A model generated the notes under the pieces. It made no database searches. It saw nothing but the letters and a program-made list of their open reading frames with translations, and was not told the DNA's origin. The translations under genes were made by a program, and so were the position numbers. From NCBI GenBank assembly GCA_025340205.1, contig CP006868.1, forward strand, positions 840,001 through 872,000: 32,000 nucleotides of DNA, in the 5' to 3' direction. Each line of letters opens with the position of its first letter. Within the stretch, counting starts at the first letter, position 1. Positions 8,988-17,754 of the stretch are shown here, piece after piece. Source of the stretch: Ignicoccus pacificus DSM 13166. Its GTDB lineage: Archaea > Thermoproteota > Thermoprotei_A > Sulfolobales > Ignicoccaceae.

Positions 8988-9758
8988 TCATCGCCCCCTC
9001 TTATTCAACCACTCCCTATACCACTCGGGGAGATCTTCGTAACTATCTGTTAGAGGATCCGGAACGCTTGCCTCCATGAAAGCTCTAAGCCTTGTGTAAC
9101 AAGCTGGACACCTACCACAAGGTCTTTCTCCTCCTCTATAACATGTCCAAGTGAGCTCGAGTGGAACGTTGAGCTCTAAAGCAGTCTTAACTATGTCTGA
9201 TTTCCTCCGATGTATGAATGGAGCATAGATCTTTATGTATGCTTCTTTACCTTGTTTCTTAGCGTTGAATACTATAGAGGATCCTTCGTTTATGGCCCTT
9301 TCTACGGCCTCGACGAATTCAGGCCTCGTATCAGGGTAAACCGGCTCGCCGGGCTCGTAGTCCGTTCTGTGAAAGCCCACAGAGATTACACCCTTCGTCT
9401 CATCAAATTCGATCATATGCTTCTCTAAAACTGCGGCTGCCGAGGAGAGAAGCACTAGGTTTCTTTGAGGAACGTACGTGGGAGGGACCAGCCCTGGTAC
9501 TATGCTCTCAGCCTTAGGTAACTCTCCTTTAAGGAGAGCAGATGCATCGGCTATCTTGAATATATTAGAAAGATCCAAAATTATGTGTTCTGCTTTATAG
9601 AACCTAGCTATAGCCTTAGCCGATTCTATTTCTCTTTTATGGCGTTGACCATATATTACGGTTAATGCTATAGCTTTCTTAGGCTTGAACTCATTTAGCG
9701 CCTTCGCAAAGGCAGTAGCCGAATCCATGCCTCCCGAGACGAGACCAACGAGTATCAT
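8988..9758 (-). CDS. queC: 7-cyano-7-deazaguanine (preQ0) synthase
   Basis: PP-loop motif SGGMDSATAFAKAL, VPQRNLVLLS and C-terminal metal-binding CYRGGERPCGRCPAC. Confidence 0.93.
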   Translation of the reverse strand: MILVGLVSGGMDSATAFAKALNEFKPKKAIALTVIYGQRHKREIESAKAIARFYKAEHIILDLSNIFKIADASALLKGELPKAESIVPGLVPPTYVPQRNLVLLSSAAAVLEKHMIEFDETKGVISVGFHRTDYEPGEPVYPDTRPEFVEAVERAINEGSSIVFNAKKQGKEAYIKIYAPFIHRRKSDIVKTALELNVPLELTWTCYRGGERPCGRCPACYTRLRAFMEASVPDPLTDSYEDLPEWYREWLNKRGR

Positions 9759-10877
9759 CTAGATCACCCTATACCAGTTGTCTCGTTCCCTAGGCTCACA
9801 ACCCGCTTGATGAATCCATAGCTTTATCTCATCCTCTCTTGGGAATTTAACTTTAAGACCAGTAGAAGGGATTACTCGTTCATTATAGAGCGTTCCACCC
9901 CAGTCATCTGCTCCAAAGTTGAGTGCTAGTTGGGCAACGTCCTTGCCCACGGTAAGCCATCCAGCTTGAATATGTGGAATGAATCCATCAAATACTATCC
10001 TCGCAGTCGCTATTATTCGAAGGAGTTCGTAGCCTCCCCAAGGATACTTTATTCCGTACTCCTCTGCAAGTCTTGTTTTGTTGGGTTCAAAGTTCCAAGC
10101 AATGAAAGCTAAGCTGCCGGGTGCTCTCCTCTGTAACTCTCTCAAGCGATATAGATGGAGAGCTCTTTCGTAGGTTGTTTCTACGTGGCCGAACATCATA
10201 GTAACTGAAGTCGGGATGCCCATTCTATGAGCAATTTCGATTATGTTAATCCAAGTTTCTACGTCAATTTTACTGGGACTTAGTATCTTTCTAACCCTTT
10301 CGACTAAGAGCTCCGCACCTCCCCCGGGAAGGGAGTCGAGTCCAGCATCACGCAATCGCTCCAAAACCTCTCTATAACTCATATGATGTTTCTTTGATAA
10401 ATAATCGATTTCAATAGGACTCAGAGCATGGATAGCGACGTCGGGTAAGTTGGACTTAATTAAGTGGAAGAGTTCTTCAAAATAATCAATTGTTATCTCT
10501 GGATTAACGCCTCCTTGGATGAGGACTTGTCTTATTTTGTATCTAGACCACACTTCTTTGATCATATTATAAGCATCTCGAGGTGAAAGTAAGTAACCTT
10601 GACCCGGTTCTCTATAGAACGCACAGAACTTACATCTCACCACACAGACGTTCGTATAATTCAGTATCATATTTTTAATGTAGGTACACATTTTTCCGTA
10701 ATGTTTCTCTTTAATTGTCTTGGCTACCTTACCAAGAGCCCATAAGTCATGACTTTTCAACAATCTTTCTATATCCCTTACGCTGAGGAGTTCGCCGGCA
10801 AGATATTTCTCTAGTATATCGTAAATGTCAGTGTCTTTGAACTCAAGAGGTGAGAGAACACTTACCCCTCTGGACAC
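9759..10877 (-). CDS. mqnC: Radical SAM dehypoxanthine futalosine cyclase (MqnC-type)
   Basis: Radical SAM CVVRCKFCAF; LIQGGVNPEITIDYFEELFHLIK, IHALSPIEIDYL, LRDAGLDSLPGGGAELL, MMFGHVETTYERALHLYRLRELQ, FIAWNFEPNKT are characteristic MqnC blocks. Confidence 0.85.
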   Translation of the reverse strand: MSRGVSVLSPLEFKDTDIYDILEKYLAGELLSVRDIERLLKSHDLWALGKVAKTIKEKHYGKMCTYIKNMILNYTNVCVVRCKFCAFYREPGQGYLLSPRDAYNMIKEVWSRYKIRQVLIQGGVNPEITIDYFEELFHLIKSNLPDVAIHALSPIEIDYLSKKHHMSYREVLERLRDAGLDSLPGGGAELLVERVRKILSPSKIDVETWINIIEIAHRMGIPTSVTMMFGHVETTYERALHLYRLRELQRRAPGSLAFIAWNFEPNKTRLAEEYGIKYPWGGYELLRIIATARIVFDGFIPHIQAGWLTVGKDVAQLALNFGADDWGGTLYNERVIPSTGLKVKFPREDEIKLWIHQAGCEPRERDNWYRVI

Positions 10878-10893
10878 TCAAAGTCCCTTTTCG

Positions 10894-11994
10894 TCAACCT
10901 TTGATCCACTTTATAGTTTCGAGGAGCTTGTCAAGCGTAGATCGGTATATTCCTATTCCATAATCTGCGACACCTCCAAACCAGAATATTTCATCGCCTC
11001 TCTTGACGAGTCCAGAGCCGTATATCACCATTGGTCTGTCGCCATAGAGTTCCTCTATCGTAGAAGGCCAAAGTAAGTACTCGCTAATCCCTAGGAGTTC
11101 ACCTTCTGAATTCACGATGGCTACGCCGTTCCTATATATCAAGTCCTCTCCTATACCGTGCCAGCCGAACAAGTATTCGTTGGCGCTTATCTGCACAGGA
11201 GGTGTCGAAACCCCAACCTTTATTTCAAAGTCCTCGTGGACCATGCTTACATCCATCAGTTCATATGGTACGGTCCACTCGTCCTCGGCATTTATCGTGG
11301 CTCTCCAGATGACCTCATGACCCTCTATGAAAGGTCTGGTAAGAATGCGTAGTTTCTTCCCTTTTCTCCAGAGTGCTATGGTATTCTTCCATGAAGGGAG
11401 CAAAAGCTTGATTGTAGGATCTGTAGAAGAACCTAGGTAAAGTATACCCTTTTTCTTGGTCTCAAGTGTTGACTTATCTAATAATGTAAAACCTTGTTTA
11501 GGCCATAAACCACCATCTCTTAGACCAACTGCAGTATAGAATATCAGAAATTCATCATCAAACAAATGGGCTCTAGGATCCTCTGCACCTCTTTTTATTT
11601 CATGCTGAGTGGTTGGGTATACCACGATTCGACCTTCAAGCTCTAAGTTTGGTAGATCTTCTATGGAGGAAACAGGTAGATCGAAATAAGCTATTGAGGA
11701 AACGTAGTCGTAGTAATCGAATACTAATCTTACAAATAGGTGGAGATGATCGTCCTCTATAACGGCTGAAGGATTGAAAGCAACCAATGGTCTTCTCGGA
11801 TAGTTTGAAATGAATATCTGTTGAGCTGTTAAGTAGCCTACTCGTTCGAAAATTCCTTCTACGAACTTACCCCTTCTTAGTCCTCTTAATTCCTCATACG
11901 CCTTACTCACCTTTCTAGTTAGTTCGTCAACTATTCTTGATCTCAAGGGCATCCTTGCCATGGGTGAGCTAGAGGTAGTAGGGTAATATAACAC
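10894..11994 (-). CDS. GH130-like (beta-mannoside phosphorylase-related) five-bladed propeller protein; true start likely the internal M at about 11952
   Basis: NPSAVIEDDHLHLFVRL, GAEDPRAHLFDDEFLIFYTAVG, YLFGWHGIGEDLIYRNGVAIV and MVIYGSGLVKRGDEIFWFGGVADYGIGIYRSTLDKLL follow the GH130/DUF377 motif order. Confidence 0.72.
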   Translation of the reverse strand: MLYYPTTSSSPMARMPLRSRIVDELTRKVSKAYEELRGLRRGKFVEGIFERVGYLTAQQIFISNYPRRPLVAFNPSAVIEDDHLHLFVRLVFDYYDYVSSIAYFDLPVSSIEDLPNLELEGRIVVYPTTQHEIKRGAEDPRAHLFDDEFLIFYTAVGLRDGGLWPKQGFTLLDKSTLETKKKGILYLGSSTDPTIKLLLPSWKNTIALWRKGKKLRILTRPFIEGHEVIWRATINAEDEWTVPYELMDVSMVHEDFEIKVGVSTPPVQISANEYLFGWHGIGEDLIYRNGVAIVNSEGELLGISEYLLWPSTIEELYGDRPMVIYGSGLVKRGDEIFWFGGVADYGIGIYRSTLDKLLETIKWIKG

Positions 11995-12020
11995 GCTCCA
12001 AGAAAATCAGAGAAATTCTA

Positions 12021-13187
12021 TTACTCTTTGATTATTTTTAGCTCTTTTAGGTACTTGAGCATGTCATAGTATGCCTTGATCCTAGCTTCGTTCTTTGCAT
12101 TCTTAGGACCGGGATTCTTCATGTAGAATGCGTTGACTTCATAGCAAGTACCCTTAACTCCTCTCTCCATTAGTGCCTTAGAGAGTCTTGCTAGGTCCAC
12201 AGCCAGACCGGCTAGGGCAGGAGAATCGTTAATCCTCATGTTCACTATTAACTCATCTACAAGACCGTTGAACGTAATCCACTCTATGTCCATAGCCACG
12301 AACTTTCTGTCACCTATAGCCTCGACGTACCCTGTGGGCCTAATGTAGTGAGGGGCATCGTAACCCAAGATATCTTCCACGATACTGGATTTCGTTTTTT
12401 CCTTCATTAAGTTCCTCTCAGGTATAGTCAACGCTAGGAAGTCTGTGTTTCCGCCTATGTTGAATTGTACTATGAATCGTATTAATCTATTCCTTTCGGC
12501 TAGATGTTCAAGTAGATCAGCGGTTAAGGGAGTTGCACCGGTGGCGCCATCGTCTCCGAGTAGTAAGGAGTTGGTCTCTGCGAACAAGTTTACCATTACT
12601 GGATCGTTAGCTAGAGGGGTAGGTATGAGGTTAATGAATGCAATTTGCTTGCCGGTATCCTTAGATGCTAAGTAGGTAGCGTAGGCATAGGCTTGAGCGG
12701 CGCTAGCCTTTCCTTCTTTTATCCTCTTTAGTAGCTCTTCTTCAGATCTAAAGGGTTCGGCAGGCTCTGTTGAGATTAAGTTAAAGACAACGTCGATGGA
12801 GTCTTTTTTCAATTCATTAGCTATTTCTTCTATGGCTTCCATAGGCTCAATTTCTTGATCTCTTCCGGAAACCGGAAAGAGTTTGTCAAGTCCCGCAGCG
12901 GAACCCATGAGGAGGCCCTTACGTACTTCGGTTTCCGGTAAGCTGGAGGGCAAAGGAATTACGTCCTTTAAGGATTCAGTTACGATATCCCTTACACTTT
13001 TGCCTACCTTCCTAGTGTCGACGTCATAAACGCTTACTATCTCTTCTTCTAAGAAGTCAACCGCTAAGTCGTACTTTGCCAAGGGAACACCGTAAGGTTT
13101 CATGGAACCTTCTTTGAGCCTGTAGAGGCCCACTATGTAGTGTGAGGCCACTAAACCCATTCCGAAAATCGATACCTTAACTACCAT
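12021..13187 (-). CDS. ino1: myo-inositol-1-phosphate synthase
   Basis: NAD-binding start VKVSIFGMGLVASHYIVGL and NIGGNTDFLAL...KTKSSIVEDILG, typical of archaeal Ino1. Confidence 0.92.
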   Translation of the reverse strand: MVVKVSIFGMGLVASHYIVGLYRLKEGSMKPYGVPLAKYDLAVDFLEEEIVSVYDVDTRKVGKSVRDIVTESLKDVIPLPSSLPETEVRKGLLMGSAAGLDKLFPVSGRDQEIEPMEAIEEIANELKKDSIDVVFNLISTEPAEPFRSEEELLKRIKEGKASAAQAYAYATYLASKDTGKQIAFINLIPTPLANDPVMVNLFAETNSLLLGDDGATGATPLTADLLEHLAERNRLIRFIVQFNIGGNTDFLALTIPERNLMKEKTKSSIVEDILGYDAPHYIRPTGYVEAIGDRKFVAMDIEWITFNGLVDELIVNMRINDSPALAGLAVDLARLSKALMERGVKGTCYEVNAFYMKNPGPKNAKNEARIKAYYDMLKYLKELKIIKE

Positions 13188-13250
13188 GTGCTACCTACCG
13201 ATAGAGGTAGTTGAGTGAAATATAAAGGGATGTAGATCGCATACAGACGG

Positions 13251-14555
13251 TTACTTCCTCCTCCTTCCTCCTCCCCTTCTCTTTCCTCCCTTCCTTCTGG
13301 GAGGTCTTCTTCCTCCTCTCTTTCTCGCTGGCGGTGCTTTTCTCTCTGCCTTTTCCTCCCTCTTGGGAGGCTTCTGATACACTCTCTTTATCTCGTCGAT
13401 CCTTGCTCTTAATTCTTCCTTGAGCTTCTCACCTATGTCCCTCCCGGTGAAGTAGTCCGTTCTCGCTGCTATCGCCAGCTTAGCAGCTAGCGCTCTAGCT
13501 ATCTTACCTCTCTGCCACTTAGGGGATCTGTGTATATCAGGGTATTGGAAGATTATTCCGTGCTTAGGAGGCTTTCCGCCCGTCCTAAGGGCTCTGAATA
13601 ACGCCTTCTCCGCTCCTAGCACTTGGATTGTAGAAGCCGGCATGCGTGCTAAGTTCTCCAAGCTTCCAGCTAGTGAGATGAGTCTCGCTCCGAGCACGGG
13701 ACCCACTAGCGCCGTCACGTTGGGTGCCACTTCCTTCATTATGTAGCTTATATAATCAACTAGCTCTCTCCTCAATGAGTACAAGTCTTCTACGATGGAT
13801 GCAAGCTTTTGAAGTTGTTCCAAATCGGTTTCAGTTAGGTCCGCTCCTGTACTCTTCTTAGCAGCTTCGGCTATCTTTTCAGCTAAGTCCTCCTTCAGAC
13901 CCAGCTCCTTGAGTCTCTCGACAGTCATGGCGTCTCTGCTTCCTATTTCAGCCACTATTCTAGCGTAGAGGTCGTGATCTTTCACGAGGTCGTCCAGTTC
14001 AGGGAAATGAAGGCTGTACCATTCTCTAAGTCTAGCAATTAATAGGTTGATGATTTTGTCGATGTCATCTATAGTTCTGACGGCGTGAACCGCCAGCAGA
14101 TCTCTCTTCTGGGCGACACTCCTAAGCTTCCTCCTAACTACTTCGATGGTTAGCTTATGTAACCAATCATAGAATTCCTCCTTAGATTCCATCATTCCAT
14201 ATTTTACGCTCAACTCAGCTACATTCTCTCTAACGTATATTGCCTTGTCATTGGCTGGAACCACCTTCACTTCGAAGCCCATTGAACTAGCCTCTCTGGA
14301 TTCGCCTTCGGTCTCGAAGACTATGGTTCCCTCGAATCCCTCCTCCTTTAAGTTCTCAAGCAATCTCTTAGCAGCACTAGAAAGTCCTCCTACCTTCTCG
14401 GTACCTTCCTTGATTCCCCTAGTCCATCCTTCGATGACCATAGCCTCTTGGACAGCTTGGTCAATGTCTTTCGGATTCGGCTCGAAGCGCTCTACTTCGT
14501 TATTTTCATTTACTAAGAAAGCTCCAACGGCGTGTTGTACCAGCCACTTCTCCAA
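13251..14555 (-). CDS. nop5: Nop5 (Nop56/58) C/D box RNP core protein with a basic C-terminal tail
   Basis: Nop domain VTALVGPVLGARLISLAGSLENLARMPASTIQVLGAEKALFRAL...PPKHGIIFQYPDIHRSPKWQRGKIARALAAKLAIAARTDYF; tail KRGGRRPPRRKGGKRRGGGRRRK. Confidence 0.96.
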   Translation of the reverse strand: MEKWLVQHAVGAFLVNENNEVERFEPNPKDIDQAVQEAMVIEGWTRGIKEGTEKVGGLSSAAKRLLENLKEEGFEGTIVFETEGESREASSMGFEVKVVPANDKAIYVRENVAELSVKYGMMESKEEFYDWLHKLTIEVVRRKLRSVAQKRDLLAVHAVRTIDDIDKIINLLIARLREWYSLHFPELDDLVKDHDLYARIVAEIGSRDAMTVERLKELGLKEDLAEKIAEAAKKSTGADLTETDLEQLQKLASIVEDLYSLRRELVDYISYIMKEVAPNVTALVGPVLGARLISLAGSLENLARMPASTIQVLGAEKALFRALRTGGKPPKHGIIFQYPDIHRSPKWQRGKIARALAAKLAIAARTDYFTGRDIGEKLKEELRARIDEIKRVYQKPPKREEKAERKAPPARKRGGRRPPRRKGGKRRGGGRRRK

Positions 14556-14608
14556 ATCGTTCTACCCTCACGAGGCCTCAAAGTAATCCCCTATATAGGC
14601 TTGGGAGC

Positions 14609-15454
14609 TCACGAGATCTTTTCCAAGATCTCGTCTAATACATCCTCGAGCTTTTTCTTCGGTTTGTTGCATTTCTCCTCTATAATACTCTTTAACATGT
14701 TCCTATCTTTAGAGTTTAAGAAAATTTCTATGGCCCACTTTGTGTTAGGGGAGAGCGAAGCGCTGCTGTGATCAACGAAAAGCCTTCCTTCACTTAAAGC
14801 CTTCCTAAGATCTTCGCAAGTGGCCGTCGAGAGGAATTCCTTGAACTTATCCTCGAAGTCTACCGCTTTCCTCAGTTCTTTTTCGTTTAGCATATACCCA
14901 CAAACCATGCATGTGCCCGTGGGGTCCACCGCTCGAAATCCACACCTTGGACAGTAACCGACAGGTCCCGGTTCCCCGCGAAATCTCCAGGCCTCCTCCC
15001 AAGACGCTTGAAGTGGTCCGCTCAAATCTATGCCCAATCTTTTCATTTCTCTATAAAGTCTAGGTACGAAGGGAATTGAGAGTTCACCTATGTAACTTAC
15101 TACGAACTCTAATTGTTCGGGAGTTAACTCCCCCTCAGGTACTATTTCCAGAAGCTTCGCCGCCAACACGGCGAATATTCTCTTTTGATTACGTAATATG
15201 TTATTTACCAAGGTCTCAGCCTTAGGCTTCGTTACCCTATCTCCCATCAGCTGTACCAATAAGTCACGGAGTAATTCTATGACTTGATCATCGCTTAAGC
15301 CCAAGACGTCCAAGCCCAGCATGCTATAGACAGAGGGTGCTAGCTTCTCTGCAACGTGGACGGGATCCCACGTCCTCCTACGAACCCCACTTTTCCTCCT
15401 CTTAGTTCTTGTACTCTTTGAGCTCTTCTTGGTACTTCTCTTTCTCTTGGCCAC
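14609..15454 (-). CDS. Uncharacterised protein with lysine/arginine-rich N-terminus and a central Zn-ribbon-like cluster
   Basis: N-terminus MAKRKRSTKKSSKSTRTKRRKSGVRRR; cluster CPRCGFRAVDPTGTCMVCGY (C-x2-C-x10-C-x2-C). Confidence 0.75.
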   Translation of the reverse strand: MAKRKRSTKKSSKSTRTKRRKSGVRRRTWDPVHVAEKLAPSVYSMLGLDVLGLSDDQVIELLRDLLVQLMGDRVTKPKAETLVNNILRNQKRIFAVLAAKLLEIVPEGELTPEQLEFVVSYIGELSIPFVPRLYREMKRLGIDLSGPLQASWEEAWRFRGEPGPVGYCPRCGFRAVDPTGTCMVCGYMLNEKELRKAVDFEDKFKEFLSTATCEDLRKALSEGRLFVDHSSASLSPNTKWAIEIFLNSKDRNMLKSIIEEKCNKPKKKLEDVLDEILEKIS

Positions 15455-15496
15455 TTGGTAACACCTTTCTACATTGGTCGAAGGAATGCTGAAAAG

Positions 15497-15946
15497 TTAG
15501 GGCATTCTCAAACACTTCATACATAGAGACGGTTTTAGATGCCATATAATCCTTCTCCTAAAAACGTCGAGCGCTACTACGTCTCCTGTACCTAGATCAA
15601 CGGATATACCTAACTCTTCTAGCGTCTCTTCAAGTTGTGGGTTATGAGAAATGTAGAGAGCTCCTGGCCTTATATTGTTGAGTAGGACCTTAGCGCTTAG
15701 TCTACCGGGTCTGAGCCACTCCACCGTTTCGACTTTGATGTTACCTCCCAGACATTTATTCAACAATTCCGCCGTTTCTAAGCTCCTTACCAATGGGGAG
15801 GTATAAATTAGAGCAGGCCTCTCTATACATTTGCAGATCGCTTCAACTTGCTTTTTCCCGTGGTCGCTTAGAGGTCTATCCTCGTCGCGCATTTCAGAGC
15901 TTTTCGGTATCGCCTCTGCGTGTCTCATAAGCATTATCATTACCAA
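15497..15946 (-). CDS. sixA: Histidine phosphatase superfamily, SixA-like phosphohistidine phosphatase
   Basis: MLMRHAEA...DRPLSDHGKKQVEAI...YTSPLVRSLETAELL. Confidence 0.85.
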   Translation of the reverse strand: MVMIMLMRHAEAIPKSSEMRDEDRPLSDHGKKQVEAICKCIERPALIYTSPLVRSLETAELLNKCLGGNIKVETVEWLRPGRLSAKVLLNNIRPGALYISHNPQLEETLEELGISVDLGTGDVVALDVFRRRIIWHLKPSLCMKCLRMP

Positions 15947-16735
15947 CTTATCTCAACCCCTCTGAGGTTAGTACCTTGGCCATATAATCGAATAACCATG
16001 TTGAGTGAATCTATCGAGGGGGTAGAAGTGGAAATACTAGCGTTTTCGGACGTACATACGCCAAGGTACTTGCCATTGTTAATAAAGAGCATTCAAGATC
16101 TAAAGGAGAAGAACTTTGATGTTGTAATGATGGCAGGTGATTTGGTTGATAGGTCTAACGTTGAGGAATTCTCTAAATTATTGGAGGTATTAAAAAGCAA
16201 TATAAAGTACAAGTACATCGTTGCCGTCTTTGGTAATGAAGAGTATAGAGAGAAAGAAGAGGAGTTCAAGGAAAGCTATCCAGAAGTTAGATGGTTAAAT
16301 GATGAGTATCTTGTTTTGAAGTTAAACAAAGGATGCTTAGGTGTAGTTGGCAGCAGAGGCTCACTATTAAGACCCACCAGTTGGCAAAGAAAGAACTTGC
16401 CTGGCATAGCTGAGGAGTATAAACGTAAACCCGAGGTAATAAGACAGTTAATCAAAGAGGTAAAAAAGGAATGCCCGAATGTAGTATACCTAAGCCATTA
16501 TGCTCCTACATGGAAAACCTTGGTAGGTGAAAGTAGACATATATGGCCATATTTAGGTGATCCTAGGATAGAAAAAGTCCTAAAAGAGGAAGGAGTTCAT
16601 GTAGCCATTCATGGACATGTACATAGAGGAAGAGTTAGTTATGTTCACACATCTACGTTAACGATATATAACGTTGCTTTACCCGCTAGAGGAAACGTGA
16701 CCATAGTCAAAATGGCTCTGCAGTTAACCATCTGA
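15920..16735 (+). CDS. Calcineurin-like metallophosphoesterase; true start likely the internal M at about 15983-15998
   Basis: FSDVHTPRY, MAGDLVDRS, FGNEEYRE, YLSHYAP, IHGHVHRG are metallophosphoesterase metal-binding motifs. Confidence 0.88.
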   Translation: MSHKHYHYQLISTPLRLVPWPYNRITMLSESIEGVEVEILAFSDVHTPRYLPLLIKSIQDLKEKNFDVVMMAGDLVDRSNVEEFSKLLEVLKSNIKYKYIVAVFGNEEYREKEEEFKESYPEVRWLNDEYLVLKLNKGCLGVVGSRGSLLRPTSWQRKNLPGIAEEYKRKPEVIRQLIKEVKKECPNVVYLSHYAPTWKTLVGESRHIWPYLGDPRIEKVLKEEGVHVAIHGHVHRGRVSYVHTSTLTIYNVALPARGNVTIVKMALQLTI

Positions 16736-16780
16736 AAACATAAAGGTATGGATTAGGGCGCTTGGTGGGATCTAGAAAAG

Positions 16781-17095
16781 ATGGCAGATTGGAGGGCTCT
16801 AGCGGTCGCAGAGGCGCTATACTTCTACGCATTAGCACCAGTGATCTTCGAAGTATTGAAAGATAAGCTGAAGAAACCCAAGCTCTTCAGTTTTGTATAT
16901 GCAACTGGAGCCCTCCTACCAGTTTACGTTTATACGTATTCAAACGTACAATGGTTGTTACCAGTGGTCTTCGCTCACTTCATGGTTGCCATGATGGCTA
17001 AGGAAGATGGATATGAGGCGTTGATGTCTCCATATCCTTACTTGTTAGGTTCGACTCTAATGATAATAATGTACTTGAAGAGTGTGGTAGGATGA
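16781..17095 (+). CDS. Small membrane protein of unknown function in the TrkA/MscS operon
   Basis: 104 aa with hydrophobic segments; its stop overlaps the next start (ATGA at 17092). Confidence 0.65.
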   Translation: MADWRALAVAEALYFYALAPVIFEVLKDKLKKPKLFSFVYATGALLPVYVYTYSNVQWLLPVVFAHFMVAMMAKEDGYEALMSPYPYLLGSTLMIIMYLKSVVG

Positions 17096-17754
17096 AGATA
17101 CTTATCGTAGGAATAGGTGAGTTAGGGCGACATATCGCTATAGACCTAAGCTCTAAGGGACATGACATCGTAGCAATAGATAAAGATAGTAAAAAATGCA
17201 ACATCTTAAGTACAGAGTCCGATGTCATGGTGTTAAACAGAGATGCCACAGACCCAAGTCTCTATGACGAGTTGGAATTAGAGAGTTTCGATGTAGTGAT
17301 AGCGACGACAGATAGGGACGAAGTTAACTTGTTCGTAGCAGCTGTGGCAAGGGAATATGGAATAAACAGGGTAATAGTTGTAACTAGGTCCGAGAAAGCC
17401 GCTAAGTTGATCAACACGTTAGGACTTTCGGAACTCACGCTTCCCTCTCCGGTTATCTCGGCGAAAATAGTAGAAAGCTATATTGAGGGTAGATACAGTT
17501 TAGTACCAATAGTTCAATCGATCGCTGGAGAGTACAACATATATGTTATTGCTATATCTTCCGGCGACAAAGCCGTCGGAGCGAAGTTGGGAGAACTAAA
17601 GAAGGAACTACCAGAGGATGTAATGATACTAGCCGTGTTTAATGGTGAGGAATTTCTTGAGCCTGATGATGATATAGTTATTGAACAGGGATATTTGTTG
17701 ATAATGCTTATACCCGCTGGGAAGGAGAACATCGTAGAAAATGTCTTGAGGTGA
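17092..17754 (+). CDS. trkA: TrkA-family K+ channel/transporter regulatory protein (TrkA-N plus TrkA-C)
   Basis: MKILIVGIGELGRHIAIDLSSKGHDIVAIDKD...DATDPSLYDELELESFDVVIATTDRDEVNL; C-terminal RCK_C-like GKLGELKKELPEDVMILAVFNGEEFLEPDDDIVIEQGYLLIMLIP. Confidence 0.9.
   Translation: MKILIVGIGELGRHIAIDLSSKGHDIVAIDKDSKKCNILSTESDVMVLNRDATDPSLYDELELESFDVVIATTDRDEVNLFVAAVAREYGINRVIVVTRSEKAAKLINTLGLSELTLPSPVISAKIVESYIEGRYSLVPIVQSIAGEYNIYVIAISSGDKAVGAKLGELKKELPEDVMILAVFNGEEFLEPDDDIVIEQGYLLIMLIPAGKENIVENVLR

Noticed and set aside
8935-8995. Possible C/D box RNA on the minus strand at the end of queC (GCGATGA ... CTGA-T-GAGATGA ... )
   Set aside because: The C and C' boxes each need a mismatch, guide 1 is 15 nt, the D'-C' spacer is only 1 nt and no CTGA D box follows (only CTGG). 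Too weak to call.
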